Of a DNA stretch of 45,646 nucleotides, positions 8,913 through 17,283 are shown piece by piece. The stretch covers positions 1 through 45,646 of the IMG/VR virus record IMGVR_UViG_3300029750_000003. One strand, written 5' to 3'. The notes beneath the pieces were generated by a model, which made no database searches, was not told where the DNA came from, and worked only from the letters and a program-made list of their open reading frames with translations. The stretch comes from a virus. Made by a program: the position numbers and the translations under genes. Position 1 is the stretch's first letter, and each line of letters starts with the position of its first letter.

Positions 8913-9749
8913 TTGGAAGGGTACAAAGAAATCATTATTACAAGAGAAAAATCGCCGTGGGGATGTGCTGTCGACTTCACGGTACTTTTGGATGACAAAG
9001 TGGTTGGGATTTTAAGAAACGGCACAACCGTTTCTGCATACGCTCAAGATGGACCCCATACGCTTTCGTTCCAAAAGGGGCGTAAAATCGACTGCTCAAT
9101 TTCAATCCTCGTATCGCCGGATGACACTGCAAAAGTTGTAAACACAGCAATATCTGGATCACACCTCGTAGTTGAGAGTGAATACGCAACAAATACACCA
9201 GAAACCGCTGTTTTCGATAGTGAGAACGCCCCAGAAAAAAGAAGCAGAAAAATTAAGGGAAATGTTGCCTTTGCAGCTGTGATTGTCGTTGCTATTATTG
9301 CCGCTGTATCTCTTACTTTTGGGGGCCGCTCTGATAGTCAGTCAAACGATGGCTATAGTCCAAGCCAATCAACTACTACACCCACGCAGCCATCCGATAA
9401 TTTAGCGCAGAACATCCATCCGGAGGAAATTACCATCTCAGCCAACAGCTTGTGGGCGGCATATAAGGAGAATGCAGTGAATGCCGATGCGCTGTATAAG
9501 GATAAAATCTTGGTTGTGACTGGCACAATTCAAAACATCGGGCAGGATGTTTTAACAAAAGCACCTTGCATTTCGCTCGAAACAAATGACGGTTATGGCC
9601 TTTATCCTATACAGTGCTTCTTCCCGAAGGATGGAGACCAAACGGATTTGATTGCACAGCTAAAGGATGGAGACTACATCACTATCGCTGGTGAGTGCGA
9701 TGGAATCCCTCTTGCTCAAGTTCAGTTGACAAAATGCACGATACGATAA
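8913..9749 (+). CDS. Membrane-anchored protein with OB-fold-like C-terminal domain; antisense moron inside the tail module
   Basis: TTG start ~10 nt after GAGGGGAG. The only plus-strand gene between 809 and 20750. Has a hydrophobic helix VAFAAVIVVAIIAAVSLTF, an S/T/P/Q-rich linker and a beta-rich C-terminus. Visibly AT-richer than its neighbours and has its own terminator. Confidence 0.75.
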   Translation: MEGYKEIIITREKSPWGCAVDFTVLLDDKVVGILRNGTTVSAYAQDGPHTLSFQKGRKIDCSISILVSPDDTAKVVNTAISGSHLVVESEYATNTPETAVFDSENAPEKRSRKIKGNVAFAAVIVVAIIAAVSLTFGGRSDSQSNDGYSPSQSTTTPTQPSDNLAQNIHPEEITISANSLWAAYKENAVNADALYKDKILVVTGTIQNIGQDVLTKAPCISLETNDGYGLYPIQCFFPKDGDQTDLIAQLKDGDYITIAGECDGIPLAQVQLTKCTIR

Positions 9750-9755
9750 TCATAG

Positions 9756-9781
9756 CCGCCCCTCCTGGGGCGGTTTCATTT
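9756..9781 (+). terminator. Rho-independent terminator of the antisense moron
   Basis: CCGCCCC-tcct-GGGGCGG followed by TTTCATTTT. Overlaps the stop codon of the minus-strand gene ending at 9776. Confidence 0.75.
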
Positions 9782-10348
9782 TGCGCCCGTCCAGAGGTTG
9801 ACGAGGTCATTCTCCGCCTCGCTGTATGTCTGCTTGATGTCGATAATGTCACGGTTCTTTCGGTAGAACTCCCTGTCAGACTTGTCCAGCGGCTTGCCCT
9901 TTGCCTTCTTGTCGCGGATGCGGACGATCTGGGCAAAGAGGCAGTCCCCTATTTCCGCATAGGCCGCGAGGATAGTCCACCAGTGGATGCCGCCCGTGTT
10001 GGTTTCGATGTCGTAGTCCACAGCGCGGGCTTCATAGCCCAGCACACGGTTGATAGGGGCAATGATGCGGGGGAAGTCCATAGGCCAGTCCACAAGGTGG
10101 GGGCCTTTCTGCTCCCGTGGCTCCTCGCCGCCGTTGATGAATCGAAAAACCTCTTTCATGGCCGCGTCATAGTCGGTCAGCTCGTCAAAATCCACATAGA
10201 AGACTTGGAGCACGTCAAGGGCCCGGTCTTCCTCGCTGGAATCGGGGTCGTTCATGGCCTCGAAAATGTCGAGGATAACCCGATAATCATAGCGGATAGC
10301 AAACTCCTGCCCGTCTATATCCACGCTTTTTGGAAGTCCATAGCTCAT
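9776..10348 (-). CDS. Gp15-like tail assembly protein (Listeria A118 gp15-type position)
   Basis: 190 aa, between the chaperone-like gene and the tape measure (separated from it only by the inserted moron). Family assignment is from recollection of Phage_Gp15-type proteins. Confidence 0.6.
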   Translation of the reverse strand: MSYGLPKSVDIDGQEFAIRYDYRVILDIFEAMNDPDSSEEDRALDVLQVFYVDFDELTDYDAAMKEVFRFINGGEEPREQKGPHLVDWPMDFPRIIAPINRVLGYEARAVDYDIETNTGGIHWWTILAAYAEIGDCLFAQIVRIRDKKAKGKPLDKSDREFYRKNRDIIDIKQTYSEAENDLVNLWTGAK

Positions 10349-10363
10349 GGCGTGCTCCTTTGG

Positions 10364-10795
10364 TTACTTCTTCTGATACTTCTGGTATTTCGCTGTGTAC
10401 TTGCTGATGCGCGGGTTAGTAAGCTTCTGCTCTCTGGTGAAAGTGGTATCAATCTCATCCATGACCGCCATCATCAAGTTGCACCAGACAGGGAGGCCGT
10501 TGGCAATGGCATAGACATTCATGCCGCCGAAGACAGACTCGCTCACAGGGGCATCGAACACGCCGTCAATAATGCCGCGCATTTCAGCGTCCCGCTCTTT
10601 GGCAAACTCGAAGATTTCCTTCTTGTCCACCATCTTCTCGATCTGGGCCTTGTAGCTCTCCTGCTTCTTGTCCAGATCTTCAAAAGTGGAGTACAGCCGC
10701 TCAACGAAGTTGCTGTCAGTGGGGTTGAACGACACCTCGCACTTGCCATTCAAAGAATATGTAACAAGGCCGGAGTCAAAATTCAGTTCCTTCAT
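10364..10795 (-). CDS. Tail assembly chaperone-like protein
   Basis: 143 aa, acidic, directly downstream of the major tail gene. Confidence 0.6.
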   Translation of the reverse strand: MKELNFDSGLVTYSLNGKCEVSFNPTDSNFVERLYSTFEDLDKKQESYKAQIEKMVDKKEIFEFAKERDAEMRGIIDGVFDAPVSESVFGGMNVYAIANGLPVWCNLMMAVMDEIDTTFTREQKLTNPRISKYTAKYQKYQKK

Positions 10796-10798
10796 AAG

Positions 10799-11368
10799 TT
10801 AAACCTCCACGGTTCCCGGTGTGAATTTCACAGTTCCATCACTAATCGATGCTGTACCAACAGTTCTGGTGCCGCCATATGTAACATCAATTGGCATCCC
10901 AATTGTGCCACCGCCTTCACCACCGAGCCCGGACGGCAAAATAGAGCATGAGGAGTATCTTTCAGCAAATACCGCTGTTCCGGCCGTCCCCGCATACAGA
11001 TGGACAATAAGCATATCTTGATTCATCAAAGCGTTCACGTTCTGATCTTTGATAGCAAGGTTCCAGATTTTTTCCTGTGCTGCGTCATCTGCATCCAACT
11101 CACATGGGTCAAAGGTTTGTGTAATGGTTGGTTTCTTCCCGTTGGTATAGGTATTTCCAAAAATATCAACTTTGGTTTCTGTTTGCCAGTCGTATTCGGC
11201 TGAACTGTCCTCTACACGCTTACCGATTGGAGACCACGTAGGCGTAGAGCTCTCTCCAGTGTTTAGGTAAGCAATTAACATTTCACGGCCTACGGTCTGG
11301 CCCGGCGTAGTATTAAAAGTCAAATCAGACTCAGGCATTGTTTTTCTCCTTTCAAACGCCAACTTCAT
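10799..11368 (-). CDS. Major tail protein
   Basis: 189 aa, in the canonical position between the head-tail joining genes and the chaperones. Beta-rich sequence. Confidence 0.7.
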   Translation of the reverse strand: MKLAFERRKTMPESDLTFNTTPGQTVGREMLIAYLNTGESSTPTWSPIGKRVEDSSAEYDWQTETKVDIFGNTYTNGKKPTITQTFDPCELDADDAAQEKIWNLAIKDQNVNALMNQDMLIVHLYAGTAGTAVFAERYSSCSILPSGLGGEGGGTIGMPIDVTYGGTRTVGTASISDGTVKFTPGTVEV

Positions 11369-11822
11369 ATGTCAGTTTCATCAAAATCTGGTAGTCTTCA
11401 TAACCGTCCTCATAAGCGGCAAATTTAGAGGATTGTGTGGTGGGCTCAACTCGGAGCGCCCGAATCTCGTCTCCCAAATCAGGAAGATTTTTTCTTGCCC
11501 AGTCACCGAAGTGGTTCAGTAGCTCGTCAGCCTCCAGGCGCTTGTCGTTGCTGCGCCCAGGCTTAATACGATAAATTAGTTTGAATTGGTACTCCGCCTG
11601 ATAGCCGCCCAGGATGAACCGCTTTGTGATATAGGTCCCCTGGATGGTAGACAATGCCATACCGGTCTCGTCTCCCTGGTCAGCGGACAGAAACTCATAT
11701 TTAATGATGTCCACCGGCTTTTCCGGGAAGGTATTGGCCCACACCCGCATGGAGCGGGAGATTTTATCCACTTCTTCTGTCGCCGCCAGCATGCGGGGTT
11801 TCTCTTTTTTCTCAGAGTTCAC
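11352..11822 (-). CDS. Head-tail joining / tail completion protein
   Basis: 156 aa. Position, and overlap with both neighbours. Confidence 0.55.
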   Translation of the reverse strand: MNSEKKEKPRMLAATEEVDKISRSMRVWANTFPEKPVDIIKYEFLSADQGDETGMALSTIQGTYITKRFILGGYQAEYQFKLIYRIKPGRSNDKRLEADELLNHFGDWARKNLPDLGDEIRALRVEPTTQSSKFAAYEDGYEDYQILMKLTYEVGV

Positions 11823-12222
11823 GTTTCACCGCCTTATCCGCCGTCCGAATCCAGTTATCCAAATTCTCGGCCTTGCTGGCTTCGAACCAATGGGATTGTG
11901 CCTGCGCATGTGATGCTGTATTAAATACAAGGTTTTTGTCAGTCAAGACCTTTGTTGTGCCCTTTGATGCATAACTGCTACCTGTAGCCGGGTCTACCAT
12001 TAGTTTTCCAAAATATAAGTAGCGTGCATATGGGCCTGGGTAAATCACTTCTGAACCATCTACCCGCGTCCGTTTGTCCAATGATCCGGTAAGCATCGGA
12101 ACATATGGTGATGTGTCCTTCCGCACCTGGAGTGCCACAGTATGCTCCGCTTTGGTGCACTCCTCATCCAACTTGTCCCTGATTGCCTCCAGCCCTTCGG
12201 CGCGGAAACTGAATTTCAGCAT
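11812..12222 (-). CDS. Head-tail joining protein (HK97 gp10-like / minor capsid family)
   Basis: 136 aa. The PYVPMLTGSL...YARYLYFG motif is recalled from this family. Confidence 0.6.
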   Translation of the reverse strand: MLKFSFRAEGLEAIRDKLDEECTKAEHTVALQVRKDTSPYVPMLTGSLDKRTRVDGSEVIYPGPYARYLYFGKLMVDPATGSSYASKGTTKVLTDKNLVFNTASHAQAQSHWFEASKAENLDNWIRTADKAVKREL

Positions 12223-12671
12223 TAAACCCCACCAACTTCCCAGTGAGCCATTTCACCGCCGAAGTCCTTTTCATCGACTTTAGTAATATCGTACACACCG
12301 TCGTAGTCGGCCTCTATGGTCTGTACCGTCCATTCCGGGTGTATAGCCTCACCCTTGATGAAAAAACTATCACGGGCCACAGAGAGCGTCCATAGGTCGC
12401 TTTTATCATCTGCTTTCCAGAACTCGACTGGCCCGACATACCTTCTTTGGATGCCTGTCACACCGTCCAACGCCTCAACCGAAAATGGAATGTACAGGTT
12501 GACTGCATCCGCGCTTTCCAGCCCGCTCTTGGTTACATTGGAACCCTTAGAGGCATCCAGAAGGACTCCCCGTAGGACAGTGATGTGGTTCACTGTGGTC
12601 TCCTCAAAGGTGGAATGGTCCGTCTCAACGTAGGTGTTATAGACCGTCACAACATGGGGGAACATGTCCAT
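12222..12671 (-). CDS. Head closure / head-tail adaptor protein
   Basis: Internal ATG (residue 70 of the 218-aa track ORF) lies 7 nt after AAGGGGG. The upstream part of the track ORF overlaps the preceding gene and looks non-coding. Confidence 0.6.
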   Translation of the reverse strand: MDMFPHVVTVYNTYVETDHSTFEETTVNHITVLRGVLLDASKGSNVTKSGLESADAVNLYIPFSVEALDGVTGIQRRYVGPVEFWKADDKSDLWTLSVARDSFFIKGEAIHPEWTVQTIEADYDGVYDITKVDEKDFGGEMAHWEVGGV

Positions 12672-13098
12672 AGCCGCACCCCCTTCCACGGTATAGAAGG
12701 CCCGTACCGACCAAATACTGCGCTGCAACAGATGCAAGATGTGTTTGTGCCGACTGCGCCGCTGTCGCGGCCTGCTGGGCACTTTCACCGCCGCTTCGGT
12801 AGGTCTTGGACCAGCTACCCACACTCTGGCTTTGCAACTCTCCAGTCTCTCCAGCATTTGCGGAGTTTTTAAGGGCATTCAGGGCCGCTTGCTGGGCAAG
12901 GTCGATGCTCTGGTACTGTTCTGCCACGGCGCAGCAAGCCATCTTTACTGCGTCCAGCTCTTTGTTTTGAGCCGCACGGCCCTGCGTGTAGTAGTCCAGA
13001 AAGGAACTTGCACGCAGGGACAGACGAGGGAAGTCAGCCATTTGGATAGCCGTGCCTAGATACGCAGCAGTGTAATACTCATAATCTGCGTAAGCCAT
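12637..13098 (-). CDS. Head-tail connector (gp6-like) protein
   Basis: 153 aa. N-terminal YADYEYYTAAYLG...FPRLSLRASSFLDYYT resembles phage gp6-like connector proteins. Confidence 0.65.
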   Translation of the reverse strand: MAYADYEYYTAAYLGTAIQMADFPRLSLRASSFLDYYTQGRAAQNKELDAVKMACCAVAEQYQSIDLAQQAALNALKNSANAGETGELQSQSVGSWSKTYRSGGESAQQAATAAQSAQTHLASVAAQYLVGTGLLYRGRGCGYGHVPPCCDGL

Positions 13099-13110
13099 CA
13101 GGCCGCCCCC

Positions 13111-13464
13111 TTACTTCTTCGCACGGGCTTTCGTCTTAGCCTGCGGCTCAAACGTCGCCCCAGTGAAACTAAATTTCACTACGCTGGAATCATCAACAAG
13201 CACCTCGAAGGTATCATCCTTGGTCACCCGGAAGACAATGTCCGCGTCAAACAGGATGTCTTCCTTTGTAGGAGAGCCATTTTTCTTGAAGGTCATCTTT
13301 GTCCCGGTCTTTGTCAGGTGAACTGGGAAATAATACCCGCTCTGCTCGTCCGGGGCGTCGCTGAACTCGGTGTAGTTGGTCACATAATGAAATGTGCCCG
13401 TTACAGCGCCACTCTCATAAACCTTCAGGTCATCACCCACAAGCTCGGAAACCTGTTTCCCCAA
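13111..13464 (-). CDS. Hypothetical head-module protein (117 aa)
   Basis: ORF track. Between the capsid and connector genes. Beta-rich with a basic tail. Confidence 0.6.
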   Translation of the reverse strand: MGKQVSELVGDDLKVYESGAVTGTFHYVTNYTEFSDAPDEQSGYYFPVHLTKTGTKMTFKKNGSPTKEDILFDADIVFRVTKDDTFEVLVDDSSVVKFSFTGATFEPQAKTKARAKK

Positions 13465-13508
13465 TAGGGCCTGACCGCTGGGGAATAGCGTTAAAGTGTC
13501 AGACCCTA

Positions 13509-14480
13509 TTAACCCCCCGCCGGTGCGTAAACAGCAAAAGGGAAGGCGTTCTCATTGCCGACGTTGAAGGCGTTGATGGGGTTGGGAATCTCCCAGCCCA
13601 GCCGCATGACGGCGCGGAGGGCCACCATGTCGTTCTGCATCAGGTTATAAAGGATATTGCCAGTGGTGGGATCTTGCACCACGCCGCTATCGAAAATCTT
13701 AAAGGTCATGTCCTGTCGGATGGCATAGACCAACTGGCTCCAGTCACCCACGATAGCCAAAGATTCCTCCGGGTCGTAAGCGCCGTTCACGGGGAAGTAC
13801 ATGCTCATGCCGTCCAGCGCGTAGCGGGTATCTCCCTGCATATCGGTCTTGAAAATGGGCTGGCCGTTCTTGTCCACAAGGCCGCGCAGCTTGGCGCGCA
13901 TCTGAATGGCAGCCATCACGCCGTTGGGGATATAACCGCTCTCCTCCACCTTGGCAATCACGCCACCCTCACCCATGATGTCCTTGAAAATATCGCTGGT
14001 AGCGGTCACAACAGCGCTCGCGGTAGTGGCCGAAGGGACAAGGCCATCACGCCAAGAAGTCGGCTTGTCCGTGCCGTACAGAATAGCGGCGTCGATGACC
14101 TTTCCGAATGCCTCCTGAAGACGGGGCCGCACCTCGCCCCAGATATCGTAATCGCTATCATCCAACACCGCTTCAGGAATGGGGACGATGACGGCGATTT
14201 CCTCGGCGTAGATTTTCTTCTTGTCCCACGCCATGTTGGTGGTCTTTTTGAGGGATGCCTTAGAGTCGGCTGCTCCGGTAGTAGCTTCACCGTTTACAAA
14301 ATAGGCGGTAGGCAGTGCATCCAGCACATTGAGGGTCTGCGTCTTACTGGTCATGTTGGGCAGTCGGCGGGCCATCCGCAGCACAGCGGACTCTGTTACG
14401 GCCCCCTGGATAATTTCACGGGTTACGGGCTCGGGAATAAGCCCGGAAAGTTTACTTCTGTCGATAATGTCAACAGCCAT
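13509..14480 (-). CDS. Major capsid protein (HK97-fold type)
   Basis: 323 aa, directly after the scaffold gene. Sequence character is typical of Firmicutes siphovirus capsid proteins. Confidence 0.85.
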   Translation of the reverse strand: MAVDIIDRSKLSGLIPEPVTREIIQGAVTESAVLRMARRLPNMTSKTQTLNVLDALPTAYFVNGEATTGAADSKASLKKTTNMAWDKKKIYAEEIAVIVPIPEAVLDDSDYDIWGEVRPRLQEAFGKVIDAAILYGTDKPTSWRDGLVPSATTASAVVTATSDIFKDIMGEGGVIAKVEESGYIPNGVMAAIQMRAKLRGLVDKNGQPIFKTDMQGDTRYALDGMSMYFPVNGAYDPEESLAIVGDWSQLVYAIRQDMTFKIFDSGVVQDPTTGNILYNLMQNDMVALRAVMRLGWEIPNPINAFNVGNENAFPFAVYAPAGG

Positions 14481-14493
14481 TTATGTTCTCCTT

Positions 14494-14934
14494 TCATTTC
14501 AGTGCGCCCCGGATCAGGGCGTTCATTACATCGTTTTCTCCTGTTTTTTGCGTCCCTCCGCCCACTGGAGCAGTCCAGTCAAAGGAAGTCTTCTTGCGGT
14601 CGGCGGTGAGCGCGTCCACGGCCTGCTCAAAGGTGGTCTTGTCGTCCACCATCTTCCCTGCCTTGAAGGCGATGAACTCCGCCTCTTCTCCGGTCAGGCC
14701 CTTAGAAAGTACATATTTTTCTTGCTTTAATTTTCCAAGTTCAGTTTTGCTCTTGTTCAACTCCTCTTCAAGGGCAGAAAAGTCCTCGGAAGATTTCATA
14801 CCGGAGCTTTTCTTGATTTCAGCGTCCAATTTTGCCTGAACAGTCGAAAGTGCCTTTGTGACTCTCCTGTCAAACTCCGACTTATATGTCGGGTCTTCCA
14901 GTATTTCGTCAAAAGTCATAATATCGTCTGCCAT
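14494..14934 (-). CDS. Scaffolding protein
   Basis: 146 aa, highly charged and helical. Sits immediately upstream of the capsid gene. Confidence 0.75.
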   Translation of the reverse strand: MADDIMTFDEILEDPTYKSEFDRRVTKALSTVQAKLDAEIKKSSGMKSSEDFSALEEELNKSKTELGKLKQEKYVLSKGLTGEEAEFIAFKAGKMVDDKTTFEQAVDALTADRKKTSFDWTAPVGGGTQKTGENDVMNALIRGALK

Positions 14935-14981
14935 ATTTACACTCCTTTATTTCCACTGCGTCATTCCCCACAGCGTTTTGC

Positions 14982-15053
14982 AAAAAAGAGCCATCTACCC
15001 AACAAGTGAGTAAATGGCTCTAATTACCCTTCTTTTGCGCCAATCCGCAAAAG
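14982..15053 (-). terminator. Two hairpins after the MuF-adjacent gene; the distal one is a rho-independent terminator
   Basis: Read on the minus strand: CTTTTGCG/CGCAAAAG (15053..15032), then AGAGCCAT/ATGGCTCT (15021..14987) followed by TTTTTT (14987..14982). Confidence 0.7.
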
Positions 15054-15068
15054 GTACACATTATTTAG

Positions 15069-15941
15069 TTAAAGTCTTTTTTTGCTACTTACCCTGTGAT
15101 TTAGCGCGTCATCATATTGTTGTTCCGTCCATCCATACAGTTCCATGAACGCCTGTTTCCCAATCTCCATCGCCTTGTTGTAGTCTTTGATGCTAAAGCT
15201 TTTTGTGCTGACAAGTTTAATGGATTTTGGGTCAAGAACTGGCTCGCCATCGCTCCCAATCGATACAACATCTCCAGTTACCGCATACATATGCTTGAAC
15301 GAATATTTAGGCGATTCCCAAACCGAAACGCCGTCCTCGGCTTCTCCTGTATCGTGGTTTTTTGATGCTCGCATTGTCCCGCTTTTCAGATATTCTATTT
15401 CAGCATCGTTATCCGTTCCACGGTAAAACAAACCCTCACGCTTTAATCCGGCTAATCTTAATGTCTCGGCCTCGACAATTCCGTGTAGTTTTGTATTCAT
15501 ATAATTGTTGTAGGAATAATCGTTCAGAACAATGCGCCCGTCTGAAAAAATTGTATTTACATTTTCATCGGATACATACTTCCCATCAACAAACCCAGAA
15601 GTATTGGGGGCCTTAAAAACAACTACTCCATCTGTATCGTTTTCAGGGATTTCTATTTTTTTACCAGCTCTATCGCCAGTCAATGTATACTCATTTGTTG
15701 AAGATGCTTGATAGGTGCCGCCTTCATCTTTACCGTAAATCCTTTGCGTTTCTCCATCCTTTAATCGAGTTGCTGTTTTTGCAGGATCGGCACTCTTCTT
15801 CTCACTTCTCTTTGGCTTTCTGTCATCACCAAACTTGCCGCTTTCCTTCATTGCGTCAGTTAAACTTTGACCTTTCTTGATAAAAACGCGCCGCCCACTG
15901 ATTGTCCGCCACACTCCATCTTCTGACGCCATAGATTTCAC
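15069..15941 (-). CDS. MuF-adjacent protein of unknown function (candidate virion-packaged cargo)
   Basis: 290 aa, AT-rich relative to its neighbours. N-terminal GVWRTISGRRVFIKKGQ motif is recalled from modules linked to MuF/gp7 head proteins. Has its own terminator. Confidence 0.75.
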   Translation of the reverse strand: MKSMASEDGVWRTISGRRVFIKKGQSLTDAMKESGKFGDDRKPKRSEKKSADPAKTATRLKDGETQRIYGKDEGGTYQASSTNEYTLTGDRAGKKIEIPENDTDGVVVFKAPNTSGFVDGKYVSDENVNTIFSDGRIVLNDYSYNNYMNTKLHGIVEAETLRLAGLKREGLFYRGTDNDAEIEYLKSGTMRASKNHDTGEAEDGVSVWESPKYSFKHMYAVTGDVVSIGSDGEPVLDPKSIKLVSTKSFSIKDYNKAMEIGKQAFMELYGWTEQQYDDALNHRVSSKKRL

Positions 15942-15971
15942 CTCATTTTAATTATACTAAACAGCACCTCA

Positions 15972-16121
15972 TTACACAAGGGTTTCATCTGTTTCTTTGT
16001 ACTTTATCCGCCTCTTCACTTCCAGAACCATAATGCGGCCTTTGTTCAGCTGTATCTGTGCATCGTTCCCTCGCTTAAGAATCTCGTTGATAGCGTCCAT
16101 AACCGCCTTTGTGTCATTCAT
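15972..16121 (-). CDS. Small hypothetical protein (49 aa; below the ORF-track cutoff)
   Basis: My translation: MNDTKAVMDAINEILKRGNDAQIQLNKGRIMVLEVKRRIKYKETDETLV. The ATG overlaps the MuF-like stop (ATGAATGA). Confidence 0.45.
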   Translation of the reverse strand: MNDTKAVMDAINEILKRGNDAQIQLNKGRIMVLEVKRRIKYKETDETLV

Positions 16122-17283
16122 AAAGTATCCTCATCCTTTCCCGCTGCAACGGCAGCTGTGCCGCCTCGCTGAACGCCTTGTATTCTGCATTTAACCGACG
16201 TATGCGGGCTGTTACCGCTTGGTAGTCCTCCGTTAGTCCAGCGGATTTGTATGCTGTCTGTTCCCGCTTCAACTTTCGGGCAGTTCGCTCGACCTGCCGC
16301 TGTTTCTGTGTGGCCTCATAAGCTGTGTAGTGCTTTCCCTCAAAATCCACGTCGTGCCCATCGTCTATGTGAGCGAGTTCTTCGTCGGTATATGTGCGCT
16401 CCATCACACCATCCACAAAAGCCATCCTGATATGGCGGCAGTTTGCACCCTCCAAGCCGTCCACATAGCCAAGCCCGCACACCTCATAAATGCTCGGATA
16501 CTTGTCTCCGGTCCTTACGGAGTACACCCGGCCCTGCCATGCCTTGTGGTTTTGCCAGCCAACACCCTTGTCCCGAGCCCCGATGTGGGCGGACACTTCA
16601 AAATAAGGTGTTTCCAGATACTCTGCGCTCTGCTCCGTGTACTTGGCACAGATCTGGGATACGCCTGTCATCACCGCCCTGCGGGCTGCCACGTCGATTT
16701 GGTCTCGGTGTCCGCTCTCATAATCCACGACCTTGATACCACTGTCCGCAAGCTGTTTGACGGCGCTTTTGATGGCCTGATTGTAAGAGATGGCCCTGCT
16801 CGTGATCTGCATTTCAGCGTTATCCAGCGCCCATTGATAGGCCCTGGCCGTGGGAAGCATCGTCCGCCCGTTGTCCACCAGAAAGCCCATAGAGCCGGTC
16901 ATGTTATGGAATGTCTGTTTGGTCTGCTCGTAGATAGCCCATGTGTCCTCGATGCTAACCAGTGTTTCCGGTGCAGTTACACCCGCAATGTCCATAACCT
17001 CCTGGTAGTACCGCTGGTTCCGCTCCGCCACGTCGTCCAAGAGCTTTTGCAAGTCCCGCTGGCTGATGTTTGCGGTGCTCTGGATGGCCTTTTCTATGTC
17101 CTTTAGGTCAATGCCATGGGAGCGGAGTGCCCGTATATCCTGCACCGTGACCTCGTTCAGCTCGCCGGATAATTTCAGGCGAGAACATATTTCCTCCAGG
17201 AGCGTCGCTTCCAGACTGCGGTATAGCTCGGCCAATTCTTCTGGAAGAGAGTCCAGAACTTCGGGATAGAATGGGTATTTCAT
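16114..17283 (-). CDS. Minor head protein, MuF / SPP1 gp7-like
   Basis: 389 aa, directly after the portal gene. VMTGVSQ...HIGARD...NCRH region resembles head morphogenesis proteins of this family. Confidence 0.75.
   Translation of the reverse strand: MKYPFYPEVLDSLPEELAELYRSLEATLLEEICSRLKLSGELNEVTVQDIRALRSHGIDLKDIEKAIQSTANISQRDLQKLLDDVAERNQRYYQEVMDIAGVTAPETLVSIEDTWAIYEQTKQTFHNMTGSMGFLVDNGRTMLPTARAYQWALDNAEMQITSRAISYNQAIKSAVKQLADSGIKVVDYESGHRDQIDVAARRAVMTGVSQICAKYTEQSAEYLETPYFEVSAHIGARDKGVGWQNHKAWQGRVYSVRTGDKYPSIYEVCGLGYVDGLEGANCRHIRMAFVDGVMERTYTDEELAHIDDGHDVDFEGKHYTAYEATQKQRQVERTARKLKREQTAYKSAGLTEDYQAVTARIRRLNAEYKAFSEAAQLPLQRERMRILYE

Noticed and set aside
10348-10800. Programmed ribosomal frameshift joining the two tail chaperone ORFs, as in many siphoviruses
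   Set aside because: The downstream ORF (9776..10348) has its own ATG 15 nt after the upstream stop, and it corresponds to a separately translated Gp15-type protein. I saw no slippery heptamer with an overlapping extended frame.
9695-10951. Long plus-strand ORFs antisense to structural genes (418 aa here; also 13392..14609, 16330..17106, 37698..38597, 42279..43070 and 44132..44740)
   Set aside because: They have Arg/His/Gly/Val-rich composition, no RBS, and overlap well-supported minus-strand genes completely. This is typical of stop-poor antisense frames in GC-rich coding DNA.
15069-15941. ADP-ribosyltransferase (R-S-E) assignment for the MuF-adjacent protein, based on FYRG
   Set aside because: A downstream S-x-S-like element (SVWES) exists, but no E-x-E or Q-x-E motif follows at the expected distance. 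The similarity is too weak to call, so the protein is kept only as an unknown cargo candidate.
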